A DNA stretch of 63,944 bases, filler included, from Vicugna vicugna (lineage: Eukaryota): assembly GCA_013265495.1 (NCBI GenBank). It is 75 parts of 75 records of this genome, joined end to end, with 100 filler letters (N's around TTAATTAATTAA, not from the genome) between each part and the next. Parts side by side here need not be neighbours in the genome. Positions count along the whole stretch, not along the records: positions 9,998 to 10,824 come from MU063187.1; positions 10,925 to 12,021 come from MU063188.1; positions 12,122 to 13,202 come from MU063191.1; positions 13,303 to 13,797 come from MU063193.1; positions 13,898 to 14,612 come from PNXW01028137.1; positions 14,713 to 15,172 come from PNXW01028146.1; positions 15,273 to 16,010 come from PNXW01028147.1; positions 16,111 to 17,146 come from MU063196.1; 67 more parts are not named here. One strand, 5' to 3'. The notes below the pieces were generated by a model. The model had not been told where the DNA came from. It searched no databases and saw only the letters and a program-made list of their open reading frames with translations. Both the position numbers and the translations under genes were made by a program. Positions 10,701 to 22,248 of this stretch are shown here, one piece after another (positions within the stretch are counted from its first letter, which is position 1; each line of letters begins with the position of its first letter).

Positions 10701-13302
10701 TCCCCCACAAAAAGTCTCACTTTATGGTGGAAGTTAAACACAACCAGGTAACAGATGGAAAAGATGTTTCATGGAATTTACAAGAAAGTGCAGTTTGCAA
10801 TGCTCAACTCATACAAAATACATTNNNNNNNNNNNNNNNNNNNNNNNNNNNNNNNNNNNNNNNNNNNNTTAATTAATTAANNNNNNNNNNNNNNNNNNNN
10901 NNNNNNNNNNNNNNNNNNNNNNNNTTACAGGGATATTTTATAGTAAAATGTGCATGAAGGTGGGAAAAAAAAGAATCAAAATATCTTGTAGTACTATGAT
11001 ATTAGGGGAGGTGATTTGTTCACTTTTTTTAGTGTTCTTATAATGTCCTTAGTAGAATTTAAGCTTTTAATTGAAAAAGTATATACTTTAAAAATTGACA
11101 TTAGTTTAATCTATTTTTGTCTCTNNNNNNNNNNNNNNNNNNNNNNNNNNNNNNNNNNNNNNNNNNNNNNNNNNNNNNNNNNNNNNNNNNNNNNNNNNNN
11201 NNNNNNNNNNNNNNNNNNNNNNNNNNNNNNNNNNNNNNNNNNNNNNNNNNNNNNNNNNNNNNNNNNNNNNNNNNNNNNNNNNNNNNNNNNNNNNNNNNNN
11301 NNNNNNNNNNNNNNNNNNNNNNNNNNNNNNNNNNNNNNNNNNNNNNNNNNNNNNNNNNNNNNNNNNNNNNNNNNNNNNNNNNNNNNNNNNNNNNNNNNNN
11401 NNNNNNNNNNNNNNNNNNNNNNNNNNNNNNNNNNNNNNNNNNNNNNNNNNNNNNNNNNNNNNNNNNNNNNNNNNNNNNNNNNNNNNNNNNNNNNNNNNNN
11501 NNNNNNNNNNNNNNNNNNNNNNNNNNNNNNNNNNNNNNNNNNNNNNNNNNNNNNNNNNNNNNNNNNNNNNNNNNNNNNNNNNNNNNNNNNNNNNNNNNNN
11601 NNNNNNNNNNNNNNNNNNNNNNNNNNNNNNNNNNNNNNNNNNNNNNNNNNNNNNNNNNNNNNNNNNNNNNNNNNNNNNNNNNNNNNNNNNNNNNNNNNNN
11701 NNNNNNNNNNNNNNNNNNNNNNNNNNNNNNNNNNNNNNNNNNNNNNNNNNNNNNNNNNNNNNNNNNNNNNNNNNNNNNNNNNNNNNNNNNNNNNNNNNNN
11801 NNNNNNNNNNNNNNNNNNNNNNNNNNNNNNNNNNNNNNNNNNNNNNNNNNNNNNNNNNNNNNNNNNNNNNNNNNNNNNNNNNNNNNNNNNNNNNNNNNNN
11901 NNTTATAGGGCAACACACAGATACACAGTCACAGACACCGACAGACACACGCACCTGCACACACGCACACACACATACACACAATGTCAACCATGCAGTA
12001 AACAAACTTAAAGTCATGGTANNNNNNNNNNNNNNNNNNNNNNNNNNNNNNNNNNNNNNNNNNNNTTAATTAATTAANNNNNNNNNNNNNNNNNNNNNNN
12101 NNNNNNNNNNNNNNNNNNNNNAAGCGGGAGTGGTCCTGGCCGGGCAGGGCTCTGAGACCTCTGGGCTGGGCCGGCTGCCACTCACTGTCATTGCAGAGCC
12201 GGACGCTGCAGGAGCCGCTGGATCAGGACACCCATGCCGCCTCCCCGAGCGAGGGGCCGCTGCACGCTTCTCAGGGCCAGCACCAGCTCCGGGTGAGTCT
12301 GCACACNNNNNNNNNNNNNNNNNNNNNNNNNNNNNNNNNNNNNNNNNNNNNNNNNNNNNNNNNNNNNNNNNNNNNNNNNNNNNNNNNNNNNNNNNNNNNN
12401 NNNNNNNNNNNNNNNNNNNNNNNNNNNNNNNNNNNNNNNNNNNNNNNNNNNNNNNNNNNNNNNNNNNNNNNNNNNNNNNNNNNNNNNNNNNNNNNNNNNN
12501 NNNNNNNNNNNNNNNNNNNNNNNNNNNNNNNNNNNNNNNNNNNNNNNNNNNNNNNNNNNNNNNNNNNNNNNNNNNNNNNNNNNNNNNNNNNNNNNNNNNN
12601 NNNNNNNNNNNNNNNNNNNNNNNNNNNNNNNNNNNNNNNNNNNNNNNNNNNNNNNNNNNNNNNNNNNNNNNNNNNNNNNNNNNNNNNNNNNNNNNNNNNN
12701 NNNNNNNNNNNNNNNNNNNNNNNNNNNNNNNNNNNNNNNNNNNNNNNNNNNNNNNNNNNNNNNNNNNNNNNNNNNNNNNNNNNNNNNNNNNNNNNNNNNN
12801 NNNNNNNNNNNNNNNNNNNNNNNNNNNNNNNNNNNNNNNNNNNNNNNNNNNNNNNNNNNNNNNNNNNNNNNNNNNNNNNNNNNNNNNNNNNNNNGCTCCT
12901 GCTGCTCCTGAAGCTCCCGCAGCTCCTGCTGCTTCCAAAGGTCCTGAAGATGCTGCACCTACAGCTGGAACGCTGGGCCACGGAGAGCCAGTTCAGGCGT
13001 CACCAGCCCCTGGGGCTGAGTCCCCTCTGCGCCCACCCGCACCTTCTTCTTCAAAATCCCACCATGAATCCCCTCCCACACCCGACCCTGACTTCCATTC
13101 CCCTGAAGTGATTTCCGCTTGCGTTTTCTTCACTTTCCTCTGTTTCTTTCATATCGCTTATGGCATCCTTTATTTTGCCTTTTTAAGTTTCTTTTAATAA
13201 ACNNNNNNNNNNNNNNNNNNNNNNNNNNNNNNNNNNNNNNNNNNNNTTAATTAATTAANNNNNNNNNNNNNNNNNNNNNNNNNNNNNNNNNNNNNNNNNN
13301 NN

Positions 13303-13797
13303 CGGCAGCGCGTGGGTACTAACGGAATGACTAAGCTCGTCTCCCATTAGTGTTTTCCTAATGACCCTGTGCCAGGGAAAGCTAGGGGTGATTGCAGGAT
13401 ATCCCAGTGTCAGAGGCTGCCTCCCCAAGGTCAGGGAAGGTATTTCTCGGACTTCCCCGAACAGGGAACACCTGTGACTGAAAAGAGCNNNNNNNNNNNN
13501 NNNNNNNNNNNNNNNNNNNNNNNNNNNNNNNNNNNNNNNNNNNNNNNNNNNNNNNNNNNNNNNNNNNNNNNNNNNNNNNNNNNNNNNNNNNNNNNNNNNN
13601 NNNNNNNNNNNNNNNNNNNNNNNNNNNNNNNNNNNNNNNNNNNNNNNNNNNNNNNNNNNNNNNNNNNNNNNNNNNNNNNNNNNNNNNNNNNNNNNNNNNN
13701 NNNNNNNNNNNNNNNNNNNNNNNNNNNNNNNNNNNNNNNNNNNTTCGAACAAGGAACACCTGTGACTGAAGAGAGTTGCGTGGAATTGTCTCTCGAG
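13303..13797. repeat. 267-bp GC-rich satellite, subfamily A
   Basis: Matches the monomer in 23326-24312 in reverse orientation. Confidence 0.9.
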
Positions 13798-13897
13798 NNN
13801 NNNNNNNNNNNNNNNNNNNNNNNNNNNNNNNNNNNNNNNNNTTAATTAATTAANNNNNNNNNNNNNNNNNNNNNNNNNNNNNNNNNNNNNNNNNNNN

Positions 13898-14612
13898 CAC
13901 TGAAGAACAACAGTGTCTCAGAATCACAAAAGGCAGAATACTTGAAAAGGGGAAGGGAAAGTCTAACGATGAGCCAAATAATATCAGAAAACTCAATGGA
14001 TGAGATAATATCAGGGCTAAATATCAGTCCTAAGCAGACTAGATAATGCAGAGGGACGCGTGAATGACTGTGAAGACAGGGGAACAGAAATCCCTCGGTC
14101 AGAAGCAGACATAGGAAAGCAAGTGCAAACCAAAGAAAACATTGCTGTTGAATCCTGGGGTAAGACAAGGCATGAAAGACTAGGATTCATAAGAGTCCCA
14201 GATGGAAAAGAAAGAGAGAAAGAAACAAAAAATGTCTGAAAAGTTAAAGAAAAATCAGACTGAAACATGCTGAAAGCCAAGAAAGAATCATCTATGCGAA
14301 TTCAGGAATTACACAGCGTCCAAAGGAGGTGGAATACCAATAGACCTAGCAGCAGCTGTTTGATTCAAATCAACAAAGTTCATGAGCATCCCAGTGACTT
14401 AAAATGCGCCTGGAGGAAAGCAACATAGTCACAAGAGAACCTCCAGAGGGGTTTCAGCTGATATCTCGGCAGCAATTGTGCAGGACAGGGAGGAGTGCCA
14501 GGACTTAGACCATATCCTGAATGGCCAAATGCTGCCATCTCCGGAAGCCTATGCCACATGACCGCTGTTTCTAATAACAGCAGAGCTAGAGAATTCCACA
14601 GACCGGCAAATC
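13898..14612 (+). mobile_element. Highly diverged LINE-1 ORF1 remnant
   Basis: From 14033: SRLDNAEGRVNDCEDR...ESWGKTRHERLGFIRVPDGKEREKETKNV*, later RGVSADISAAIVQDREE. Colinear with L1 ORF1p coiled coil, RRM and CTD motifs. Confidence 0.8.
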
Positions 14613-14808
14613 NNNNNNNNNNNNNNNNNNNNNNNNNNNNNNNNNNNNNNNNNNNNTTAATTAATTAANNNNNNNNNNNNNNNNNNNNNNNNNNNNNNNN
14701 NNNNNNNNNNNNACACCCACTGCTGTCCAGACACAGGTCTCCTGCTGAAAGTGGGCTATTTTCTTCTCTTGGTAAACGTCATATTGGTGGGATGTTTCTA
14801 GAGCTTAC

Positions 14809-14920
14809 CCTGATCCATTAACCCATTTTCCAGATTATCAAAGTCTTTCTTCACAACAGGTGACACATTTTCAGGACACAATGTTGCCATTTCAGTTTTA
14901 TCCGCTGACACTGGCTGCAT
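14809..14920 (-). CDS. Candidate first coding exon (MQPVSADKTEMATLCPENVSPVVKKDFDNLENGLMDQ), gene not identified
   Basis: ATG with A at -3, 37 open codons, ending at G|GTAAGC donor (GT at 14808-14807). Confidence 0.35.
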
Positions 14921-15089
14921 GATTGTGAGCAGAAGCCTTAGGCTCCCTGACCAAGCCTACACTTATCCCAGAAATTCAGCTCATTTCACATTCTGAAAAT
15001 GTTTCACCTCGTATTTTATATTAATGGGAAATAGTCAAAGTATTCCATGAATATTTTATATTTCCTAGTATCTGCAGAAATTTGATATT

Positions 15090-15158
15090 ATTGCAGTTGG
15101 ACAAATATTTAATTCTACCACTCAATTGCAGTTGGACAAATATTTAATTCTACCACTC
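15090..15158. repeat. 35-bp-period tandem duplication
   Basis: attgcagttggacaaatatttaattctaccactc at 15090 and 15125. Confidence 0.9.
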
Positions 15159-15613
15159 TCACCTCTTTTTAGNNNNNNNNNNNNNNNNNNNNNNNNNNNN
15201 NNNNNNNNNNNNNNNNTTAATTAATTAANNNNNNNNNNNNNNNNNNNNNNNNNNNNNNNNNNNNNNNNNNNNTCAGAACCTGTGCAACAGTGCCCCCTAA
15301 TGGTCTCTGATCCAGGGAACCCTGGCCCCTCTGTCACCACCCAGCACTCCTGGAGGGCAGACAAATTTGCGACGTGTATTTTTGTCACCTTACTCCCCAG
15401 ACGAGTAGACAGAGGAGGATCCTCCGTTGGGTTTGAGACTGAGACGTTGACCGTCTAGATCATATCTATACAATGAATGCCCCCAGGTGCTAAAGCAGGG
15501 ATTTATTGCACGGTCCTTATCTTACATGTGTTCAGGATCACCCCACATCTTGTTAAATCTTTCCATATGCCTGGGTCATTACAAATACAGGGCCATCCTG
15601 AGCCACGTTCAAC

Positions 15614-15740
15614 GGGGAGGGTATAGCTCTGTGGTAGAGTGTGTGCTTTCATGCCCAAAGTCTAGTGTGCAATCCTGAGTACCTCCACTGAAAATAAGTG
15701 ATAACCTAATTACTCCCCCAAAAAAATGAATAAAATAAAC
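15614..15740 (+). mobile_element. tRNA-Ala-derived SINE (camelid vic-1-like)
   Basis: ggggagggtatagctctgtggtagag (A box) ... acctcca, then an A-rich tail containing aacctaattac. Confidence 0.8.
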
Positions 15741-16110
15741 CAACTTCATGCTGGAACAGTCTACAGCGTCCTCTCCTGGTTCATATCGACAAAAATTCTA
15801 CACGGGTTATCCTGCAGGACGACACTGTTTTCCTGCTGTTGGTGTTGTTCTGTGGGACGCCTGTTAGATCCCCACCGCCAGGGCATCATTACGGGCATCT
15901 GATGGCTCTCTTGGCCCCTAGAACCAAACATAGTTAAGACACTGTGTCCTCCCCTTCTGCACCTCGGGCTCCATTTGCCTGTAACCGCTCAGCTCAGGAT
16001 TCATTCTTTCNNNNNNNNNNNNNNNNNNNNNNNNNNNNNNNNNNNNNNNNNNNNTTAATTAATTAANNNNNNNNNNNNNNNNNNNNNNNNNNNNNNNNNN
16101 NNNNNNNNNN

Positions 16111-17146
16111 TCTGGTTCCTTTCTGAGAGGCTTGGGCGGCGGCTTGAGAGGCTTGAGCGGCTTGAGCGGCTTGGGCGGTCTGAGCGGCTTGGGAGGTCTG
16201 AGCGGCTTGGGCGGCTTGAGNNNNNNNNNNNNNNNNNNNNNNNNNNNNNNNNNNNNNNNNNNNNNNNNNNNNNNNNNNNNNNNNNNNNNNNNNNNNNNNN
16301 NNNNNNNNNNNNNNNNNNNNNNNNNNNNNNNNNNNNNNNNNNNNNNNNNNNNNNNGGCGGCTTGAGAGGCTTGAGAGGCTTGGACGGGTTGAGAGGCTTG
16401 GGCGGCTTGAGAGGTTTGGGCGGCTTGGGCGGCTTGAGAGTCTTGAGATGCTCGTGAGGCTTGAGCGGCTTGAGAGGCTTGGGCGGTCTGAGCGGCTTGG
16501 GCGGTCTGAGCGGCTTGTGCGGCTTGAGCGGCTTGGGCGGTCTGAGCGGCTTGGGCGGCTTGGGCGGCTTGAGAGGCTTGGGCGGTCTGAGCGGCTTGGG
16601 CGGCGGCTTGAGAGGCTTGTGCGGCTTGAGCGGCTTGGGCGCTCTGAGCGGCTTGTGCGGCTTGCGCGGCTTCGGCGGTCTGAGCGGCTTGTGCGGCTTG
16701 AGAGGCTTGGGCGGCTTGAGCGGCTTGGGCGGCTTGGGGGGCAGGGGGGGTCGTGGGGGCTGGGGGGGCCGAGCGGCCTTGGCNNNNNNNNNNNNNNNNN
16801 NNNNNNNNNNNNNNNNNNNNNNNNNNNNNNNNNNNNNNNNNNNNNNNNNNNNNNNNNNNNNNNNNNNNNNNNNNNNNNNNNNNNNNNNNNNNNNNNNNNN
16901 NNNNNNNNNNNNNNNNNNNNNNNNNNNNNNNNNNNNNNNNNNNNNNNNNNNNNNNNNNNNNNNNNNNNNNNNNNNNNNNNNNNNNNNNNNNGGCTGCGGC
17001 TAGAGGCTTGGGCGGGTTGAGAGGCTTCGGCGGCTTCAGTGGCTTGAGAGGCTTCGGCAGCTTGAGCGATTTGAGCGGCTTGGGCGGTTTGAGCGGCTTG
17101 AGCGGCTTGTGAGTCTTAGGCGGTCTGAGCGGCTTGTGCGGCTTGA
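16111..17146. repeat. CpG-rich 9-bp tandem array (GCGGCTTGA/GCGGCTTGG/GAGGCTTGG/GCGGTCTGA)
   Basis: Dozens of nonamer variants in three sequenced blocks. Confidence 0.93.
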
Positions 17147-17246
17147 NNNNNNNNNNNNNNNNNNNNNNNNNNNNNNNNNNNNNNNNNNNNTTAATTAATT
17201 AANNNNNNNNNNNNNNNNNNNNNNNNNNNNNNNNNNNNNNNNNNNN

Positions 17247-17900
17247 AAGTCACAATTCAGGCTCCTTTCCTACGTGCTAGGTTGTTGCAAATTTCTTAGT
17301 GTAGGAATTCTTTGTTGTTAGAATCCTTTGTTCTTACAGCTATCTGCGTGGGTCAGATCCCTGTAAATCTCCAACAAAACAAACGTTATTTTCTATTCTG
17401 CAATTTGCTATCTTTTAATGAATGAAAAANNNNNNNNNNNNNNNNNNNNNNNNNNNNNNNNNNNNNNNNNNNNNNNNNNNNNNNNNNNNNNNNNNNNNNN
17501 NNNNNNNNNNNNNNNNNNNNNNNNNNNNNNNNNNNNNNNNNNNNNNNNNNNNNNNNNNNNNNNNNNNNNNNNNNNNNNNNNNNNNNNNNNNNNNNNNNNN
17601 NNNNNNNNNNNNNNNNNNNNNNNNNNNNNNNNNNNNNNNNNNNNNNNNNNNNNNNNNNNNNNNNNNNNNNNNNNNNNNNNNNNNNNNNNNNNNNNNNNNN
17701 NNNNNNNNNNNNNNNNNNNNNNNNNNNNNNNNNNNNNNNNNNNNNNNNNNNNNNNNNNNNNNNNNNNNNNNNNNNNNNNNNNNNNNNNNNNNNNNNNNNN
17801 NNNNNNNNNNNNNNNNNNNNNNNNNCCATTTGCTTGCATTTCTTTTTCAGTTAAAAAAATGTGTAATGGAGCAAAGGTGTAACTAGCTTAGCAAATACAG
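17247..17900. mobile_element. Possible ERV1-type LTR fragment
   Basis: Resemblance of gttgttgcaaatttctt...aatcctttgttctt...cctgtaaatctccaacaa to artiodactyl ERV1 LTRs, from memory only. Confidence 0.35.
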
Positions 17901-17993
17901 CAGCCATGGAATCACTAAGTCATCACTTTTGATTTAAGCCAGAAAGCATTTATTGACTCTCTCCAATGTGCTCAGTCCTGTATTAAGACTTCT

Positions 17994-18048
17994 TTTATTA
18001 TAATAATAATAATTATTATTATTAATTATTATTATACCATTATTATTT
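17994..18048. repeat. (TAA)n/(TTA)n low-complexity tract
   Basis: Direct reading. Confidence 0.85.
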
Positions 18049-19220
18049 CTNNNNNNNNNNNNNNNNNNNNNNNNNNNNNNNNNNNNNNNNNNNNTTAATT
18101 AATTAANNNNNNNNNNNNNNNNNNNNNNNNNNNNNNNNNNNNNNNNNNNNTCCAGGATGGTCTCCCCTTCTGCACAGTAGGGTTAATTCTAGCTCGTACT
18201 TCTAGGGATGTCCTTAGGCACATGTGGGATAAGACCTGAAAAGTGTGGGAGTGGTGACACTTGTAGGTGATGCCTCCAACCCCATTTTTCTTTTTTTTGG
18301 TCTTATTACCACCCTCACATCTGTTCCTCTCCTGATCCCACCCCATAGTCCTTATTTAATATCACTGTCCATGTGTGTCTATGTGTTTGTGTGTGCTTGT
18401 GCACACGTGTAAGCCAGTGCTCAGTCTCTGTGTGGCCAGCAGAAAACTGCCCTCACATGGGAGGGCTGGGCAACAGCTTCCTGTGGTCTGATGGTTTCTA
18501 ATTTCCAACGCAAACCTGAGGAAAATTGTTCAGTCCTTGGCCAGCAGGTCAGAGCACCATGACTCCAGGCCATAGAGGCAGCAGGGGCTGGATCTGGGAT
18601 CACAGACTCACACAGTCAGGTTCCACTGTCCACACTCAGAACCACAGTGTTGAGGGCAGGGAGACTGTCCCCTTCATGGGCACACAGCCTGGCAGAGTAA
18701 TCTTCTTTGGCTGGACACACATTGAACAGATGGGCAAGGGTTGTTGTTGTCCCTAGAGAGATTTGACAGTCTCATTTGGTGCTGCCTCTATGTTCCCGTC
18801 CTCACATGCCTCTCCCAAGTTCCAGCCCCAGTATAAACAGTCCCCTTCCCCAGGAACAAGAGGATTTTTATCCACTGGAGTGAGGAGAACCTCAGCCTCA
18901 GTGGGAATTCCCTGGGGATCAGTTTTTCCCAATGATTTCATGAGGAACGTATATGAGATTTGATCTGGTCTCGTAAGTGTGGCCCCAAATTGCCATCTGG
19001 AACTCTCTTCCCACCCCTCCCTAATCCTTAGAGCAGCTCCATCTCCCCACCTGCTCAAACCAGAACCTGGGGCTTTCTGCTCCCTGTTTGTTCCTCACCC
19101 CACATGCAGTCAGCTCTTCCNNNNNNNNNNNNNNNNNNNNNNNNNNNNNNNNNNNNNNNNNNNNTTAATTAATTAANNNNNNNNNNNNNNNNNNNNNNNN
19201 NNNNNNNNNNNNNNNNNNNN

Positions 19221-20116
19221 ATTCCCTGGCACTGAGATATTAGGAAAAGCCTCAGGGGAGACGAGATTACGCAATCCGTTACAACACACGCGCTGCCGAA
19301 CGTTGGTGGAACCTCCCGACGCTCAGGATTCCGGAAACATTGTCAGTGCGTGGGGGAGCTCGAGAGACAACTCCACGCAGCTCTCTTCATTCACAGGTGT
19401 TTCCAGCTCGGGGAAGTCCGTGAAATACCTTCGCTGAACTTGGGGAGGCAGCCTCTGACACTGGGATATCCTGCAATCACCCCTAGAATTCCCTGGCACA
19501 GAGACATTAGGAAAACACTCAGGGGAGACGAGCTTAGGCATTCCGTTAGAACCNNNNNNNNNNNNNNNNNNNNNNNNNNNNNNNNNNNNNNNNNNNNNNN
19601 NNNNNNNNNNNNNNNNNNNNNNNNNNNNNNNNNNNNNNNNNNNNNNNNNNNNNNNNNNNNNNNNNNNNNNNNNNNNNNNNNNNNNNNNNNNNNNNNNNNN
19701 NNNNNNNNNNNNNNNNNNNNNNNNNNNNNNNNNNNNNNNNNNNNNNNNNNNNNNNNNNNNNNNNNNNNNNNNNNNNNNNNNNNNNNNNNNNNNNNNNNNN
19801 NNNNNNNNNNNNNNNNNNNNNNNNNNNNNNNNNNNNNNNNNNNNNNNNNNNNNNNNNNNNNNNNNNNNNNNNNNNNNNNNNNNNNNNNNNNNNNNNNNNN
19901 NNNNNNNNNNNNNNNNNNNNNNNNNNNNNNNNNCCGAGAAATACCTTCCCTGACCTTGGGGAGGCAGCATCTGACACTGGGATATCCTGCAAACACCCCT
20001 AGCATTCCCTGGCACAGAGACATTAGAAAAAGCCTCAGGGGAGACGAACTTACGCAATCCGTTAGAACCCTCCCGCTGCCGACCGTTGATGGAACCTCCC
20101 CACGCTCAGGATTCCG
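19221..20116. repeat. 267-bp satellite, subfamily A
   Basis: Recurrent ccctggcacagagacattaggaaaa and ctcaggattccggaa. Confidence 0.92.
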
Positions 20117-20216
20117 NNNNNNNNNNNNNNNNNNNNNNNNNNNNNNNNNNNNNNNNNNNNTTAATTAATTAANNNNNNNNNNNNNNNNNNNNNNNNNNNN
20201 NNNNNNNNNNNNNNNN

Positions 20217-20986
20217 GAGACAACTCCACGCAGCTCTCTTCAATCACAGGTGTTCCCTTTTTGGGGAAGTCCGAGAAGTACCTTCCCTTACCTTAGGGAG
20301 GCAGCCTCTGTCACTGGGATATCCTGCAAACACCCCTAGCTTTCCCTGGCACAGAGAAATTAGGAAAACCCTCAGGGGAGACGAGATTAGGCTTTCCGTT
20401 AGAACCCAACCCNNNNNNNNNNNNNNNNNNNNNNNNNNNNNNNNNNNNNNNNNNNNNNNNNNNNNNNNNNNNNNNNNNNNNNNNNNNNNNNNNNNNNNNN
20501 NNNNNNNNNNNNNNNNNNNNNNNNNNNNNNNNNNNNNNNNNNNNNNNNNNNNNNNNNNNNNNNNNNNNNNNNNNNNNNNNNNNNNNNNNNNNNNNNNNNN
20601 NNNNNNNNNNNNNNNNNNNNNNNNNNNNNNNNNNNNNNNNNNNNNNNNNNNNNNNNNNNNNNNNNNNNNNNNNNNNNNNNNNNNNNNNNNNNNNNNNNNN
20701 NNNNNNNNNNNNNNNNNNNNNNNNNNNNNNNNNNNNNNNNNNNNNNNNNNNNNNNNNNNNNNNNNNNNNNNNNNNNNNNNNNNNNNNNNNNNNNNNNNNN
20801 NNNNNNNNNNNNNNNTTCCCTGACCGAGGCAGCCTGTGTCACTGGGATATCCTGCAATCTGCGCTAGCATTCCCTGGCACAGAGACATTAGGAAAACCCT
20901 CAGGGGAGACGAGCTTAGGCATTCTGTTAGAACCCAACAGCTGACGACCGTTTGTGGAACCTTCACACGCTCAGGATTCTGGAACT
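20217..20986. repeat. 267-bp satellite, subfamily A
   Basis: Same monomer motifs. Confidence 0.92.
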
Positions 20987-21086
20987 NNNNNNNNNNNNNN
21001 NNNNNNNNNNNNNNNNNNNNNNNNNNNNNNTTAATTAATTAANNNNNNNNNNNNNNNNNNNNNNNNNNNNNNNNNNNNNNNNNNNN

Positions 21087-22248
21087 GTTTTCCAAGGACG
21101 GGCTGGGAGCGAAGGTGGGGGTTGGTCTCTAGAGTCAAGTAATATCGAGTGTCTCTCTATGGGCAGTAGAGGTGTTTAAAGTACATTACCTCCCTGGGAA
21201 CACCTGTGCCCCCATAAAGTTTTGTGTACAATGTATTTCCAACACCAGCACACACACAAAGAGATGTTCAGGTTTCCTGAGTGTGGGGAGTCTCCTCCAA
21301 CTGACAGCAGTGCCTGGGTTCTAATAGAATCCCTTAGCTTGCCTTCCCTGATGGATTGCCAAGAGCGGAGTGAGGAGGAGAGTGGGCGTTGGGCTCTTCA
21401 ACCAAGTATTAGTGAGTGCCTCTCTATGGGAAATGGACGTCTTTAAACTACAACCCCTATCCTGGGAATACCTGTGCTCCCAGAAAAATGCGTGGACTCT
21501 GTTTCCTAACCTAGAGCACACACACGAAGAATTGTTCTGGTATCCTGAGTGTGGGGAGGAATCTCCAACTGACAGCAGCACCTGGGATCTAATAGAATCC
21601 CTTAGCTTGTATTCCCTGAGTGTTTACNNNNNNNNNNNNNNNNNNNNNNNNNNNNNNNNNNNNNNNNNNNNNNNNNNNNNNNNNNNNNNNNNNNNNNNNN
21701 NNNNNNNNNNNNNNNNNNNNNNNNNNNNNNNNNNNNNNNNNNNNNNNNNNNNNNNNNNNNNNNNNNNNNNNNNNNNNNNNNNNNNNNNNNNNNNNNNNNN
21801 NNNNNNNNNNNNNNNNNNNNNNNNNNNNNNNNNNNNNNNNNNNNNNNNNNNNNNNNNNNNNNNNNNNNNNNNNNNNNNNNNNNNNNNNNNNNNNNNNNNN
21901 NNNNNNNNNNNNNNNNNNNGGTGTGCGCGGTAATTTGGGGTTTGGGCTCTTAAGCCAAGTATTAGCGAGTGCCTCTCCATTTGATGTGGAGATCTTTAAC
22001 TTACATACCACAACCTGGGAATACCTTTGCCCCTGTAAGATGCGAGGACAGTATTTCCCCAACATCAGCACACACACGGAGAGGATTTCTGCTATCCTAA
22101 GTGAGGGGAGGCTCCTCCAACTGACAGCAGTGCCTGGCTTCTAATAGAATTCCTTAGCTGGTTTTCCCTAATTGCTTGCCTTGGCCAGGGTCGGGGGGAT
22201 AGTGGGGGTGACCTCTAATACCCAATATTAGCGAGTGCCTCTCAGTGG
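21087..22248. repeat. Degenerate ~267-bp satellite (sister family)
   Basis: ctgacagcag at 21301 and 21569 (268 bp apart). Colinear with the 267-bp family. Confidence 0.88.

Noticed and set aside
4947..12017. Long ORFs made mostly of X (here and throughout the window)
   Set aside because: They are open only because N gaps contain no stops.
15614..15687. tRNA-Ala gene (also 51074-51148)
   Set aside because: Degenerate B box and stems, A-rich tails and a probable TSD indicate SINE copies.
16448..17020. Gly/Leu-rich or Arg-rich repetitive protein
   Set aside because: It follows from a 9-bp unit, with no unique coding flanks or splice context.
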